A stretch of 62,546 nt of DNA, counting the filler, from Choristocarpus tenellus KU-1152 (lineage: Eukaryota; Protista; Phaeophyceae): assembly GCA_964200185.2 (NCBI GenBank). It is 11 parts of 11 records of this genome, joined end to end, with 100 filler letters (N's around TTAATTAATTAA, not from the genome) between each part and the next. Parts side by side here need not be neighbours in the genome. Positions count along the whole stretch, not along the records: positions 1 to 14,449 come from CAXNAD020001187.1; positions 14,550 to 25,902 come from CAXNAD020002374.1; 9 more parts are not named here. One strand, 5' to 3'. The position numbers were made by a program, and so were the translations under genes. Below the pieces are notes generated by a model, which did not search any database, was not told the origin of the DNA, and worked only from the letters and a program-made list of their open reading frames with translations. Below, one piece after another: positions 11,285-24,314 of this stretch. Within the stretch, counting starts at the first letter, position 1, and each line of letters begins with the position of its first letter.

Positions 11285-14200
11285 AACAGAACGGACCTCC
11301 CAGTTGATGCCAATGACCCTGCCAGGGAATAGTTAGGGGCCTGAGTGTTATCCTTGTGGCCTTTTTATATGCTTCTGATAGATGTTGATGTGTGGGTGTG
11401 GTGCAGGCAGAAGGGGTGTAATGAGGGGTGGACCATTGGATAGGAATGGTCGCTGATGAAGAGAGCTGGAAGTAAACGAGCATTTTGTTTTTGTTTATTG
11501 AAGGCTTGGACACTGGGAGTAGCGGTGTGTCATGAAACAATACTATATCGTGTATGGTCTGCTGTAGCCCAGGGCAAATACAATAAAGTGGTGGCGGAGT
11601 GGGCGATACGGTATGACTGTGAGAAAAACCAACGATGGTTTGATTGGTTTAGAATATACCGTCAGCTGTAAATCTCGTTTGGTAATGCAAACCCACCAAC
11701 ACTCCCACATTTAGTTGGTAAAATTATCCGATTTTTCGGGAAAATCGGAAGCTTGGCAAAAACTGAAGCTCTATTTTATTCCCCCTGCAGTTAGCACCCA
11801 TGTCTACTGCAAAGGCCCTCTCTTTTGTGAGGTGATTATTAGGAAAGTTAGTGTGTGTATCGGGAGGGTTCCTTGGCACCTGAATGCTGTTGTGTTAGAA
11901 GAATGACATTTTTTTTTCGGCAAGGTAGAATTTTGTTGCAGTGTTTAGTAGTCACCATGGGGTCTTAGAGAGGGGCAGGAGAATGTTAGGGTGGGTGGGT
12001 GATCATCAGAATCAGGTGGTGTTGCTTGTGCGTTTCTATTTTTCGCGATAAAAAATAAGCTCAACAGTTTTGTATTGCATCTACAACACAACAATATGAT
12101 ATATGAGGAGAAAAATAGTCTGTTTTGGTAACCGTTTTGTGCATTCCTTGCTCAAGGTGGAGGACACATAACAATTCGAAAATATATCCACATAAATTTT
12201 GGGCAAACAGATGTGCCTTGAGTGAGTACAGGGAATCGATTGCTTTTGTGGAATTGTTTATTCTAGGTGAGGAGGAGGATCCCTGTCTATTGGACTTGGG
12301 CTATAGTAGCACATCTTAACTGCATATTGCATCTGTTTTGTTTTTTCTCTTCCCCTGCCATCTCAGTATGAATGTATCACACCACTACATACTCATGGAA
12401 CTGAGAGTGCAGCATAAGTAAACTATCGGTGTGTTATGAGATAGTGTTTCTGTTTTGCGTTAGGTGTTTTCTTGGACTGGGATTATTTGTCTCTGTGTGT
12501 GTGTACATATGTGCAAGTGTGGTGTAAGTGCAATCAATGGATGTCACCATAATGATAATAATGAAGTTCTATCCTGCTCAAAAGGACAGATGGCAAGGTC
12601 ATTGTTGTTGTCCATGTTTAGTCAAGGCCAAGGTACCAATCGGGAAAAGGAAAAGAATAAGTCGGGAAACTTGCCCCTACATGTCATGTGCTGCATCCTT
12701 GTTATCTGACAAATAGCTGTGTGTCTCGTATCTTGTTGCAACTCATTGGTTTAATTAATAAAAAGTACTGCACAACCACTATGCTGTTGCTCGTGCTAGT
12801 GCTTTCCCTCAGTTGCGAGGTGTAACACAATCCAGAAGTCACCAAGGGCGTTCCTGCCGTGTCAGGTCCTGAGGAAGTTCCTTTCTCCAACGACAAATAG
12901 TACATTTCTGTAACGATTATTGAAAACCTACACAATCTATAGATCTCACTAGTTTGTGGTGAAAGCCTTACAACCCTCCTGACTCGATATTTTCTTACTT
13001 CTGACCAACAGTAGTTGCTAATTATTTAGGAGGTTTGTAGAAGGTGCACGCCACATTGAACATGAATTATGTGCTGTGGTGAGTTAGGGTCGTCAATGTT
13101 CTACCCTACCCAATGTGAAACCTGAAAGGTCTTGATTAAATGTTGTACTTTTTTGTACTCTGAACCACAGCAAATACTTTTGGCAGTTACACTATATGGT
13201 AAAGGAGAATGTGAGACCTCACAAGGACTAGAAGCAAAGCATCAAGGTTGAGGAGGTACTTTCAACAAATGTATCCATGGCAGAGTGGCAGTACCACTCT
13301 TCCCTGAGACGTACTAATGAGTATGCACAACACGCTCTTCTTCCTTTGATACCTTCTCATCTGCAAGGCAGCATGTATCATTATGGCTTCAATACTATTG
13401 CACAAAGATAACCTATGGAATGATGAAGAGCTGTAGCACTACAACACCTTGAACGCAAAAAGGATATATTCCATGGGACTAATCAGAGTGGCAACATAAA
13501 CGAGGTGGTGTGGCAAAGAAGAGGATTGTCGCCAAAACGAAACCCCTGATACTGCCCCTACAATTCGAAACTTTAGAACTCATCAAGCCAGATTTGACGT
13601 TGTTGGCAACACTAAATTATCTCCAGTTTTGAAATCAGCAGTAGCCAAAGAGTTTGAAATATGTGCTGAAGGTCACCCTACGTATTTTGTTTTCTCAACA
13701 GTTTGTGAAACTCCACAAGAATGATTTCACATTCCGGCTAGTGTAAGAGTAAATGAAAAGTGTGCTCTCAATATTTTAGTGTGGTAGCATTATCGATTTA
13801 GTATTGTATGTTGATGGTACCTATCCCTCTCATAGAAAAAGAAAACTGTTGGAGTAAATATAAGTATTGGATCTGTAATGGGGCCTGGTTCTGTGTGATG
13901 GGGGGTGATGAGAACTACCAGAGATGAGGTTCAGAAAGGAAGTGAAAGATGAGACTGAGGCATGTGCGTGTATGTTGACAACCTCAGAGTGCCATGTGAA
14001 TCACTCTTCAATGTGATTGGTTGTCCAGCCAGAACAGAAAACACAATCTCGGGATTTGCTGGTTTGAATCCACTGTTCATGTCGGGGCTATGTGCCAGTC
14101 GTGCATCTGACCCACAACACATCACTTCCCCTGGACTCAATTCCAAAAGGTGACGCACTCAAATGTATATAACCCCGTGTATTCTCATCAATGTCGGAGA

Positions 14201-14310
14201 CCCCAAAAAAGATGACTTGCCTCTGACAGATCAGCTATTATATCAGTATCTTCACAAAAATACCAAAGATAACGAAAGTGGATATATGGAAGTGTTATCA
14301 GATAATAAGC

Positions 14311-14449
14311 GACCCAAAGTATCTGGGAGAGGGGGGGGGTTCTACACTCGGGTGTCCATTTGGACCAAAACCAGGAAAAGCGCATTTAGAGTATCCACCC
14401 GACGTATGCAACCAAATCACCCAAAAATCGTGACATTAAAAAATTGACC
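14311..14449. mobile_element. MITE family A, reverse orientation, cut by contig end
   Basis: GACCCAAAGTATCTGGG end; interior matches the reverse complement of 27091-27268. Confidence 0.8.
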
Positions 14450-14549
14450 NNNNNNNNNNNNNNNNNNNNNNNNNNNNNNNNNNNNNNNNNNNNTTAATTA
14501 ATTAANNNNNNNNNNNNNNNNNNNNNNNNNNNNNNNNNNNNNNNNNNNN
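14450..14549. other. Artificial contig spacer
   Basis: 44 N + TTAATTAATTAA (stops in six frames) + 44 N. Confidence 0.98.
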
Positions 14550-15739
14550 GTCGAGGTCGCTTCCAAATCGTAGCGGTGCCCTCCACAAGCACCGAAATAG
14601 TTTTGAACAAAATATATATTTCTTTTAAAAAGGGGCCCTTAAAAAGTGCCGCAACATTTACAAAAAATATGGGCACTTTCCGCGTACCATTTTGGGTCAA
14701 ACCCATCCTCCATAGTATGCTCCATCCTCAATTTTGGTGAGAGGCTGTTATTGGTGGGAAAAGGTTACGTGCTATTATTACGGCAAGTAAGTAGTGTGGC
14801 AAGTGGTATATCATCGTAACAATATGAGCAACTGAAAAGAAAACTACTGGGGGATTAATGTTGACATAGATATGGATCGAGAGGCAGTCACTCGAGCATA
14901 GACATCCACATTTTTGTACAATTTATGTCTCCGTAAGTAGCTAGTAATGACAATCGGTTAGGCATGCCTTGCAATAGCTCAACGATCGTGGATCCTGTTG
15001 CACAGCTTATCTCTGCATTCATCACATACATACAGGGAACACTGACATGAATATCCAACCCACACATGTATGTCATGAAGTCCTCAAGCACATCAAACGA
15101 GACTTCACAAGACTCTTGTGGGATGGCACCACCTATTGATAAGGTGATGAATATAGCTAGCGTTTGTTCTCAGACCTGAACCTAGTGTGGTTAGGGTTGA
15201 TAGAGTCACCTCTATTTTGGATGAAGGATTCAATACCATGTTACATGCATGGACCCGATAGAGACATTTAGAATACAGCACGAAGAAATAAAAAAAGAAC
15301 CAGGATGTGTTCCAGAAATAACACACCCATGGCCACAGAAGGGCCCTGGCAATGATGAGATTTTGATATTGCAGGACTAAGGTGGGTAAGGTCTTAATGT
15401 GTAGGTCCTGACTGCATTATTCTCTGACGGGATGAAACATACATACACTCTTTGATATTGCATTCCATTAAAGGATTGTGACATCTTGTTCTCCCTTCTA
15501 GGAGAGAGGGTAGGGTTAGGGTTCAATTTAACAAATGCGCGTATGTATGATTCAAACCGATAAACCTTGTGCAGCTCTGTAGTCACACCCTCCACATCAA
15601 TGCCCTAGTAGTGCCAATCTAAAGACAAATATCACTACACACACCTTGAACATCCCAACACATCGAATATCACAACGACACACCCTCTAATTATCCTACT
15701 CATCCTGCTCAGAACAACTCAAATATATGCAGACTGGTG

Positions 15740-16140
15740 TTGATATGACATTTGAACGTCTATATCCAAGCCAGATTGCCGAAAAACTCAAACATCGCCA
15801 CACAACCTCTCCACAAACCTTGGGATATGCAATACCAACTCTCGACCAAGTTAGGAATCAGCAAATCCGCACATATCTGACACATGGAGACCAAGAACAG
15901 GGCCCCTTGTGGATACCACAAACCCATGAGGAGAAGAGGTACAAACTATTGCTGTGCTGGTACACACCAGGACTTCAGGAAGTTGGTACTCAGCAAGGAA
16001 GAGGGTATTGCCTAGATATCAGCTAGGACACATTGCCAGGCATGATGAAGGAAGGTTTGGACAGGGGTTTCTGTGCCAAGGACAACCTCCTCCTGCCCCC
16101 CGCTATGGGTTCCTCCCTCATCTTCCAAACATCCTTCCCA
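15740..16140 (+). mobile_element. Possible 3' fragment of an RTE-like LINE
   Basis: Frameshifted LDQVRNQQIR and LGHIARHDEGR resemble the post-RT region of RTE elements. Confidence 0.35.
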
Positions 16141-16996
16141 AAAAATCAAAGGGGAAAAAATGTGTTGAAATACTGCAACCAATTCGTGCTCTAAAGAGGG
16201 GGGAAATTGTATTCCTTCTGGAGATGTTCATCATAAACCGTCTCTTCATTGGTTAATGCCCACTCCTCTGGGAAATCAATGACAGCTGCTGTGAGACCGG
16301 GTTCCCTGTCCCTGATAAGTATCTGTTAACGGAAGCGATTTTGAGACAAAAAGGCAGCAGGGCAAGGGGATCATAGCAAAATGGTTGAGCTCTGTGCTAT
16401 TGAATTAGAGATACGTAAACCATATTGTGGAAGGGTTTCATGACATCTTTCATTACACTTCAAGAACAGAGTTATATTCATGTTCAAGGTCGGTGTATTA
16501 TTTCTGGACTCAGAAAAAGCCTTAGGAGTGGAGGGTTTGACCCAGGTCTTGAAACGTGTATCTAAATTACCGCCCAAATATGCAAAGCTCGGTAGTGTAT
16601 CAGTAGTAGAACATACCATACTGATTGGGTGCCGAGGAGCCTGCAACACAAATGTGAGACAGTGCCAAGATCAACCAGCCACAAGTCTAGTAGATAGGAG
16701 GCCCCTTCACACCCCTCACATCGACTGGCATACCAACATAGAATGTATCACCTTTCTGTAAGATAGATGGTACATGGTGTCGAGTACTTCAAAAAAGGTG
16801 TTTGTCTCTGTGGAAAATAAAATAACAAACATTTCACATACTTCATGCTAACCTCCTATTAGAATTTTGCAAGCGATAGGATGAGAGTAACTGCCATTCA
16901 AGTCACCATTCAAGTCACACTTTTTGGTGGGTGGGGAGGCAATCAGGTGAGAAATATAAACACCAATGCCCTCCTCCAACAAAAGGATACTATCAC

Positions 16997-19403
16997 CTCA
17001 TCAATCTCTGCCTTGAGGTCGTCATTCATGTCGAATCTCAAAGCACCAACATTCTCAAACAGCTGTTCCTCAGAAGTTGCACCAATCAGAGTTGCAGCAA
17101 TATGTGGCCTATGAATGAAAGTGGCAAAGGGAGTAGGAGGGGGTGGGGGTTGGGGAGTCAAATATGCAAAACTGCAATGCATAGTAATAGCCTCTGTCTC
17201 CTTTTCTCACCCACACAAGATCAAGCAAATAAACTGGGACAGTATTGCAGATTGACAACGCCTTCCAGTCTGCGAAAAGCTAACGATACATCTTTTGCAT
17301 TAAAACAAAACCGCTATTTCTACAGCAGTCCTTGTGATACAGCTTCAGCTTTACCCTGACACTCTTATCTTGAAAATGCGTTTCTTGATAGCTGAGAGCG
17401 CAGTTTAACTTTCAACAGTTAATTCAACAGTTAAGGGACTAGGTGTCTTGACTTTCAGTTCTCTTCTACCTAAACTTCCAATCAAAAGAATTTGTCGAAG
17501 CTCAGCATGTAGAAGGGTTAAAGAATCGTTCTCATCCTTTACATGGCCATCAAGATTCATACGGGGAGAAATCCTATATTCACTATAAAGGGCAAGGAGA
17601 TCCTTAGGGTTAGGGTTAGAAAGATTGAGAATAGTGCCTATTATGGTGTGGGCACCTGTGGTGACAACTTGCTCTTCAAGATCTGCAAAATAAAGTTTTT
17701 TAAAAGCAAAAAGCATGGGTAGCTTTTTGGATAATGAATCTAATGCCATCTAAAGCTCACAAATGTATAGTTGGTTGAGCTAGGAGGCAAAATCCAAGAG
17801 CAAGAAAGAATGCTACAATAAATTTTGAAAAAAATTCACTCGTACAAAAACCTATCCATGCTTTTGCTTTTAAAACCCTTTCTTTTGCAGATCCTGAAGA
17901 GCAAGGCTGTCACTCTTCCTACCACTGGGTTTTGATGGACCTTAGGGACAAAGTAGAAGCATCCTCCTGTACCAGCTGATCTAACCTTTGCAGAGAGTGA
18001 AAGTATTTTAGGGTATGATTTCTGCCCTGTTTGTCCATTTGGGGCTTGACTTCCCACGGGCTTTTAACGAGATTTACCTACTCCAAGATGTTGGAGTAGG
18101 TAAAATGTTTACATTACGAGAAGGTGTGTGCGGAAGAAGGATGTTGACATCTCCTAACAAAGATGATAGCCAAAATTACATCAAAATTGCAACATTGGAT
18201 TTTGGCCCCCAAATGGACGCGGCTCTACCCTCTAAGATACTTTGACTCAGATCCACTTTTCTTGGTGACAAATGCTCTAGCAGCATCTATCTCCAACCCT
18301 AACCCTTGAGTTTGATAAGTGCTTTCTAGATGCATGGATCGGCCACCTCTCCAAAACATCAGAGGGCTCGATAACACACACCTATACAAAATTGGAAGTA
18401 CGCTTGCATCTCCTCTCAGACCAATCAAACCCTCCCATCCGTCCCCCCACCCAACCAACCAATCAAATCGCATGGACCAATAATGGACCAATAAGAACAG
18501 CAACGCCAAAAAGTGGTGTCGAAGAACATCACGGCACACACCTCCTACAAAAATACTCAACAGCCGCACCCAAAAAATCGTTTTCACTAAAAAAAAAAAA
18601 TGCACTTCCTCCCAAAAAAACCCCAGGAACATCCCTTCCACACCCTGAGACAGAACGAGAGCCCACTCTCCTACCCCATATCATCTGTGCTCACCTGTTG
18701 TAGACCCAACTCAATGCCAGCTCCACAACTGTCATACCGTATCGCTTGGCCATCGCCTGGTACTCCAATGTGAGTGACTTGCACTTCTCACTGTTATATC
18801 TACATTGGAATCCCGGGAACATGTAGTACCGGAGATCTGTGTTCTGAGTAAGATTAACAACGGCAAATGCCCCCCCCCCCCCCCCAAGCACACACCCCAA
18901 TAGTTCCGAAGGAAAGAAATGAGTTGATTTGATTTACAAGGTAATGACTTCACTTTGTCACGTTTTGTGAGTAGGCAGGGAGGGGATACAGAGCTGCAGT
19001 CGCGAGTGTCAAGTGGTGTTTCTTGGAGTTCTAGTTTAGGGGAAGGCATTTGACGCATCTGTAACTGTCGTATCTTACAAGCAGCAAAGATTTTCAAGAA
19101 GTGCATATCTACAGCAGTGTGATGCTGTACTATTTAACAGTGTAAGGGTACTACCAACATAATAAATAACAATACAACTTCGTAATAAGAGGTACCTGTA
19201 CCTCCTTAAAAAACATTTTGATATTCTTAAAAACATAAATAGACCTACTCTCAGTCCAGAAAACATGACACATCCAAAAAAAGACATGACCCACCTCAAG
19301 GCCTACACCTCCAAGCCGCCTGCCTGACCCAACACATGCAACATGGTCGCACAATATCAAAAAATATAATATAATTTTCATTTTTTTTTTAATTTCTCAA
19401 GTG

Positions 19404-19440
<37 letters not shown>

Positions 19441-22400
19441 CTATATAAATGGAGGATGTTCAACATACACAAAAACACAAGGCTGGATTGGATAGTACAA
19501 CCACTACACCCACAGGTAAGACCACATTTACGTAAAAATAAAAATGACTACTCTTGGCACTTCGACTACGTGATGTTACGTGACGACTACGGGTCATTAA
19601 CGCCTCCAACACACTGTAGTAACCCCGAGGACCATCTCCAAAAAAATAATAATAAAATACAATAACATAACAAAAAGATGTGACACGACAGTCTCCACCA
19701 CCACTCCAAATGGTACAATCGACTAACTCAGTGGAAGCACTAAATGGTGGGAAATTGCATTGTCAAAAAAAAATATCACAACACGAATCTTTCACAAAAA
19801 TCTGAACTAAAATACATCGCCCTGAGAGGGCCTGTTGCTCTTTTGCAGGCACTGAAAAAATTATTGCTGCACAGAGGAAAGGAAGGGCCTAAGAAAGAAC
19901 CTGACCATGCATACAGCATCTGTAACCTTCATGGACAAATGTGGGAAAATAAAAAGTGGCGTCAAGACTCAAAAAAATCATCACAATCTGTACCAAGCAC
20001 CTGGTTCAATTCAGTGTTATTCGAGGACTGTGTTGACATACCCGCACCTCTCTACATCAATGAGATCACAAACACAGTCAGCAAATGCATACAAAAAATA
20101 AATAAACAGCACGAAAATGTAACTTGAGTCCAATTACATCACACAGACAGACAGGTACACACACACACACAATAGCTACAAAACAGATTAAAAATAATGA
20201 AAAACAATTGAAAAAAAATTAACGCTAGATTCTTAACATAATTACACATGTGTACGCACCTACATAATACCTACCTACCTACCTACCTATGTGTACACAA
20301 AAAAAGGCGTTGACAGCAATCAACGCACCTACATAGAAGAAAGCATGATCCCTCTCTCCACCCACCCAGTCACTTAGTCATTCAGTCCATTCCTGTCACT
20401 ACCAGAAGCAATCACAATAACTTCAAGGGCTACCTACCTCCAAACTCAGACACAAAAGACCAGTTCCAATACCCGCTGCCATCTTCCAACCACAGAGCTA
20501 CTCCTTCTGGCCACAGAGCTACTCCTTCTGGCCACAGAGCTACTCCTTCTGGCCACAGAGCTACTCTCAAGTCTATTTCCCAACTCAACTATCACAAAAG
20601 ACAAAACGCCTGTCATGTTCTTTCACTCACAAAGCTAAACATGTCCGCCTCCTCGAAGTACTTGACAGCAAGCCCCCCCCCCCCCAGCGGAGTGCGTGCG
20701 ACCATGCTCACATCGCACTGTCTCTTTCCACACGCCTCCACCATCCCTTCAATGCAACAAAACAAAATCGGAACACAGGACATTGCAGGGTGAATGGGTG
20801 AATGGGTGTAGTATCTCATAACTTCTGTAGGCAGGGGAGAGAGGAGGGGGGTGGGGGGCTGATTCCACAATTCAACCTTAAAGAGGGTTCGCCAGATGAA
20901 ACATTTTGAAGCGTCACTCGTGAAATATGGAAAAATAATAATAATAAAAATAACAATAATAAGGAGTTTGTCAGCTGTATGGAAGGCATGATTTAATATT
21001 CAAGGCGGTGCATTCGATTGATAAATTCAAACATCACTTTGAAATAAAAATAACAATCACTCTACACATCTCAATGCTGGCAAAAGATAAGACCAACAGT
21101 ATTTATTTGATTTCAAATGCCTTCCGAGACTGTCGTACTCCACTGCCAGTTGAGTGTTGAATAACCTTCCACTATTAGAGAAACCAAAAAAAAATCAAAA
21201 GGGTCTGATTTGCTTTTGAAGAAGCAACTGTCTAAGGAACTTTGACACAGATCATTAAGATAATAAACATAAAAAAACTGTACATATATATATATATATG
21301 CATGTATTTTCTTAGATCTCACCAGTACCACATTTTGAAGTAGAATCACAACTACATATTATATTTTGCACTTACATTCAGCATGGAGTTGCTATTAAAA
21401 ATAAAAAATAGTTCCTGATTTGCGGTCTATAAAAAAAATGCAGTTCAACCATAATAGACAAAACAAGGATACAATCCATGCAAAAAATATTCATATTCTA
21501 GACAGTACTGCCCTAACCCTAACCCCTTTCCATTCCAGTATACAAAAACACATATTCTAGACAGCACTGTCCTAACCCTAACCCTAACCCCTAAACCCTC
21601 TCTGCCCCAACATGAAAAGAGTACGCTTCAAACTCATCAGACACCAGTCTCTACACCTGTAGTGTCTCCCTCACAAACAAGACATTATCAGAGGTACTGT
21701 TAATCAACCTATTTCTCGTTAATCAACCCATTTCTCAAACTCCGCGTTCTAATAAAAGAAATAATGACTACAGGCAACACACCCTAACCCTTTCACTCGA
21801 TCATGTCAATAAAAGGTACTACACAGTACCCTAACCCTTTCAACCGATCATGTCAACGAAAGGTACTACACAGTACCCTAACCCTTTCAACCGATCATGT
21901 CAACAAAAGGTACTACACAGTACCCTAATCCTACACCATTTCTAATAAAAAAATAAATAAGATCAAAGCAATCGTAGTAATCAAAGTTAGGGTTAGAGTC
22001 CAAAACACACACACACATATTCCCCTCACCACAATAGTGTGATATTACATACCTATAAATATACATATACATATATATATATATACTACATAGTATTCCA
22101 CACTACTACTCCCCACGAACATCTTCTATACCTCTCTAAATATTTTCTCAACCACTCTCTCTATCACCATCATTAATACCATCTTGCCACAGGGTCCAGG
22201 GGTAGGCCCCCACCCCATCAGAGCTCACCCAGGTCAACCCTATTGTTGTTGAAGAGATTGTACTCCACTTGTGCGGTGACCGCCTTTGGCATGCCATCCC
22301 ACAATGCATGCTCTGTGAACTTGCACACTCCAAAAGGCGTCTCATTAGATACGCCTACGTACCTCACCTTAAGGGTTAGGGTTAGGGAACACACACATTT

Positions 22401-24314
22401 TCCTTGTTAGAGGAGCAAGCAAGAATAGAATCGAGGGCTTGTACCCGGCAATGGTGAGGTAGAGATGTCAAGACAGTGCGGAACACAGAAGATAAACAAT
22501 CAAAATAATCAAAATCATTGAAAGGAAACAAAAAACTAACGAAGCGGTTCCTTCGAGAAGATGATAGGCCAATCAGAAGAGGACAAGAAAAGTAATTACA
22601 GAGAGATCTTGGACAGAGGAGAGAGGCAGGGAGGGGCAGAGGTAACAGGGTGTCAGTGGATCGAGGAAGAGGTAGGATGGATTGTGTCTGTTGGTGTGTC
22701 TATCTGTACGCATACATGTAAAAAAAACAATTCCAACCCTTGACAGTGAAAACAATACAAACGACATTCAAATAATAAAATAATATTCCTGCGTGCGTGT
22801 GCTCACCCTTCAAAGTAACCACAACCCAACTACATAAAAAAATATAAACAATATAATAAAAACCTCCCTTCGACACAACCCTAACCCCACCATCACACGA
22901 CTCCCCTCTCTTCAGTACTCTGTTCAAACATGGACACCACCAACACAGTCACACCAACAAAAAATAATAAGGCAAGAAAATGGAGGCACAAGGGTACGGA
23001 GGCGTTCTCTCACTCCTCATCTTCTCAAACGCCTCTCACCACAGGAAAACATACAAAACAAACGCCTCTCACCACAGGAAAACATACAAAACAAACACCT
23101 CTCACCATAGGAAAACATACAAAACAAACGCCTTTCACCACAGGAAAACATACAAAACAAACGCCTCTCACCACAGGAAGAGACACCACAAATACACAGC
23201 CTCCATCACACTCATTATCCAATCAACTCACCACCCCCTGGTCCACAAGTTCCTTCACAGTTGCAAGCTGCTCCCCGATGGGGGTATAATCGTACTCCTT
23301 GCTTCGATAGTAAGACACCTCCCCATTGTTAGCAACATACCTATACACCACACCAGGGCAGACGGATGGGGTCGGTCGGGTTTTGTGGGGAGAGTAGCCA
23401 TCAAGTCTAGTACTCTCACAAGACAAGGCTTGTCTCTGAATCACTCTACTACCCACGTACTACCCAAAAAAGGTACTGAGAAACAGGTACTTAAAAAATC
23501 GTTCTGTTCATTGTAGTAGTGAAGGGTTTCGAAACTATTATCATTAATACCATACCGCCATCCTTCTCTGAAAGAGTAATGAGTCTCCATCCCTTGACAG
23601 ACATCATTATGCAGCACGATGTTGCCCGTATCCTTTTATTATTATTTTTTAACCAGGGTCCTAACCCTCCAAAACCTAGAAACAAATCTTCCCCCCCACC
23701 CCCTGACTCGACTGCACTTCATGAATGTTCAAGCGCCGATAGGTTAGATTTTAGGACACACTGGCACGCCAACAATAACCCTACAAAACGTTTATGTGGA
23801 AATTACGGATGTACAATGCCATGGTGTATGATATTACAGTAACTTAATGTATGATATGATAGTAACAGGGGAAAAAACCTAAATCCTCACCGAACTTGAA
23901 TGTACCCATCTGTGGCTCACTACGACAGTCACAACTGAAACCACAACAATACTACCACCACTGTGTGTCTCCATAGCAGCACAGGTATGCTCCAGAGCAA
24001 CCTGGAGCAACAAATACTGCGTTGTAGCATTCGTCGCCAAGGCAGGGCGGGTGCGAAACAAGCACTATTAATAGCACCCAGGGGACACAGACCCTACCAG
24101 ACCCTACCAGACCCCATCTCCTCCACTACCCCCTCCACATAGAATTCACCATGTTTCACCTGTCAGGCCAGTCCCCGATGTGCAGCAAGTCTATGTAGTC
24201 AGTCCCCAACCGTCTCAGACTCCCCTCGACGCTCTCAAGGATCTGATCACGTGTGAGAGCAGCAGTGGATCCGTCCTTCCTAAGCCAATCAACAGTCTTG
24301 CCGTGCCCAGCTAT
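16997..24314 (-). CDS. Aldo-keto reductase, Tas/plant chloroplast AKR-like; 5' exons missing and last exon uncertain
   Basis: Phase-consistent minus-strand exons 24314-24160, 23340-23232, 22367-22229, 20746-20631, 18843-18695, 17108-16997. They encode ILESVEGSLRRLGTDYIDLL..WPDR, EQLATVKELVDQGVVRYVGVSNETPFG, PLGGGGLAVKY and ELALSWVYNRPHIAATLIGATSEEQLFEN, all hallmark AKR motifs. A further exon is possible near 16752-16807. Confidence 0.9.
17995..18248. mobile_element. MITE family B (~255 bp)
   Basis: GAGTGAAAGTATTTTAGGGT...ACCCTCTAAGATACTTTGACTC; AGA duplicated. Confidence 0.85.
20490..20565. repeat. 21-bp tandem repeat, ~3.6 copies
   Basis: CCACAGAGCTACTCCTTCTGG units. Confidence 0.9.
21781..21931. 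repeat. 47-bp tandem repeat x3, each unit starting with CCCTAACCC
   Basis: Units start at 21781, 21828, 21875, with a partial unit at 21922. Confidence 0.9.
23026..23178. repeat. 33-bp tandem repeat, ~4.6 copies
   Basis: CAAACGCCTCTCACCACAGGAAAACATACAAAA units. Confidence 0.9.

Noticed and set aside
14450-14549. Recurring N-TTAATTAATTAA-N blocks as a biological repeat
   Set aside because: Exactly 100 nt each with six-frame stops: a concatenation linker. ORFs running into it are artefacts, and no gene cluster can be inferred across it.
17405-17749. 114-aa minus-strand ORF
   Set aside because: Lies in an AKR intron, contains a telomeric tract (NPNP) and has no recognisable motif.
23026-23178. 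33-bp (also 21- and 47-bp) repeats as a CRISPR array or repeat protein
   Set aside because: Head-to-tail units with no spacers and no cas genes, lying inside AKR introns.
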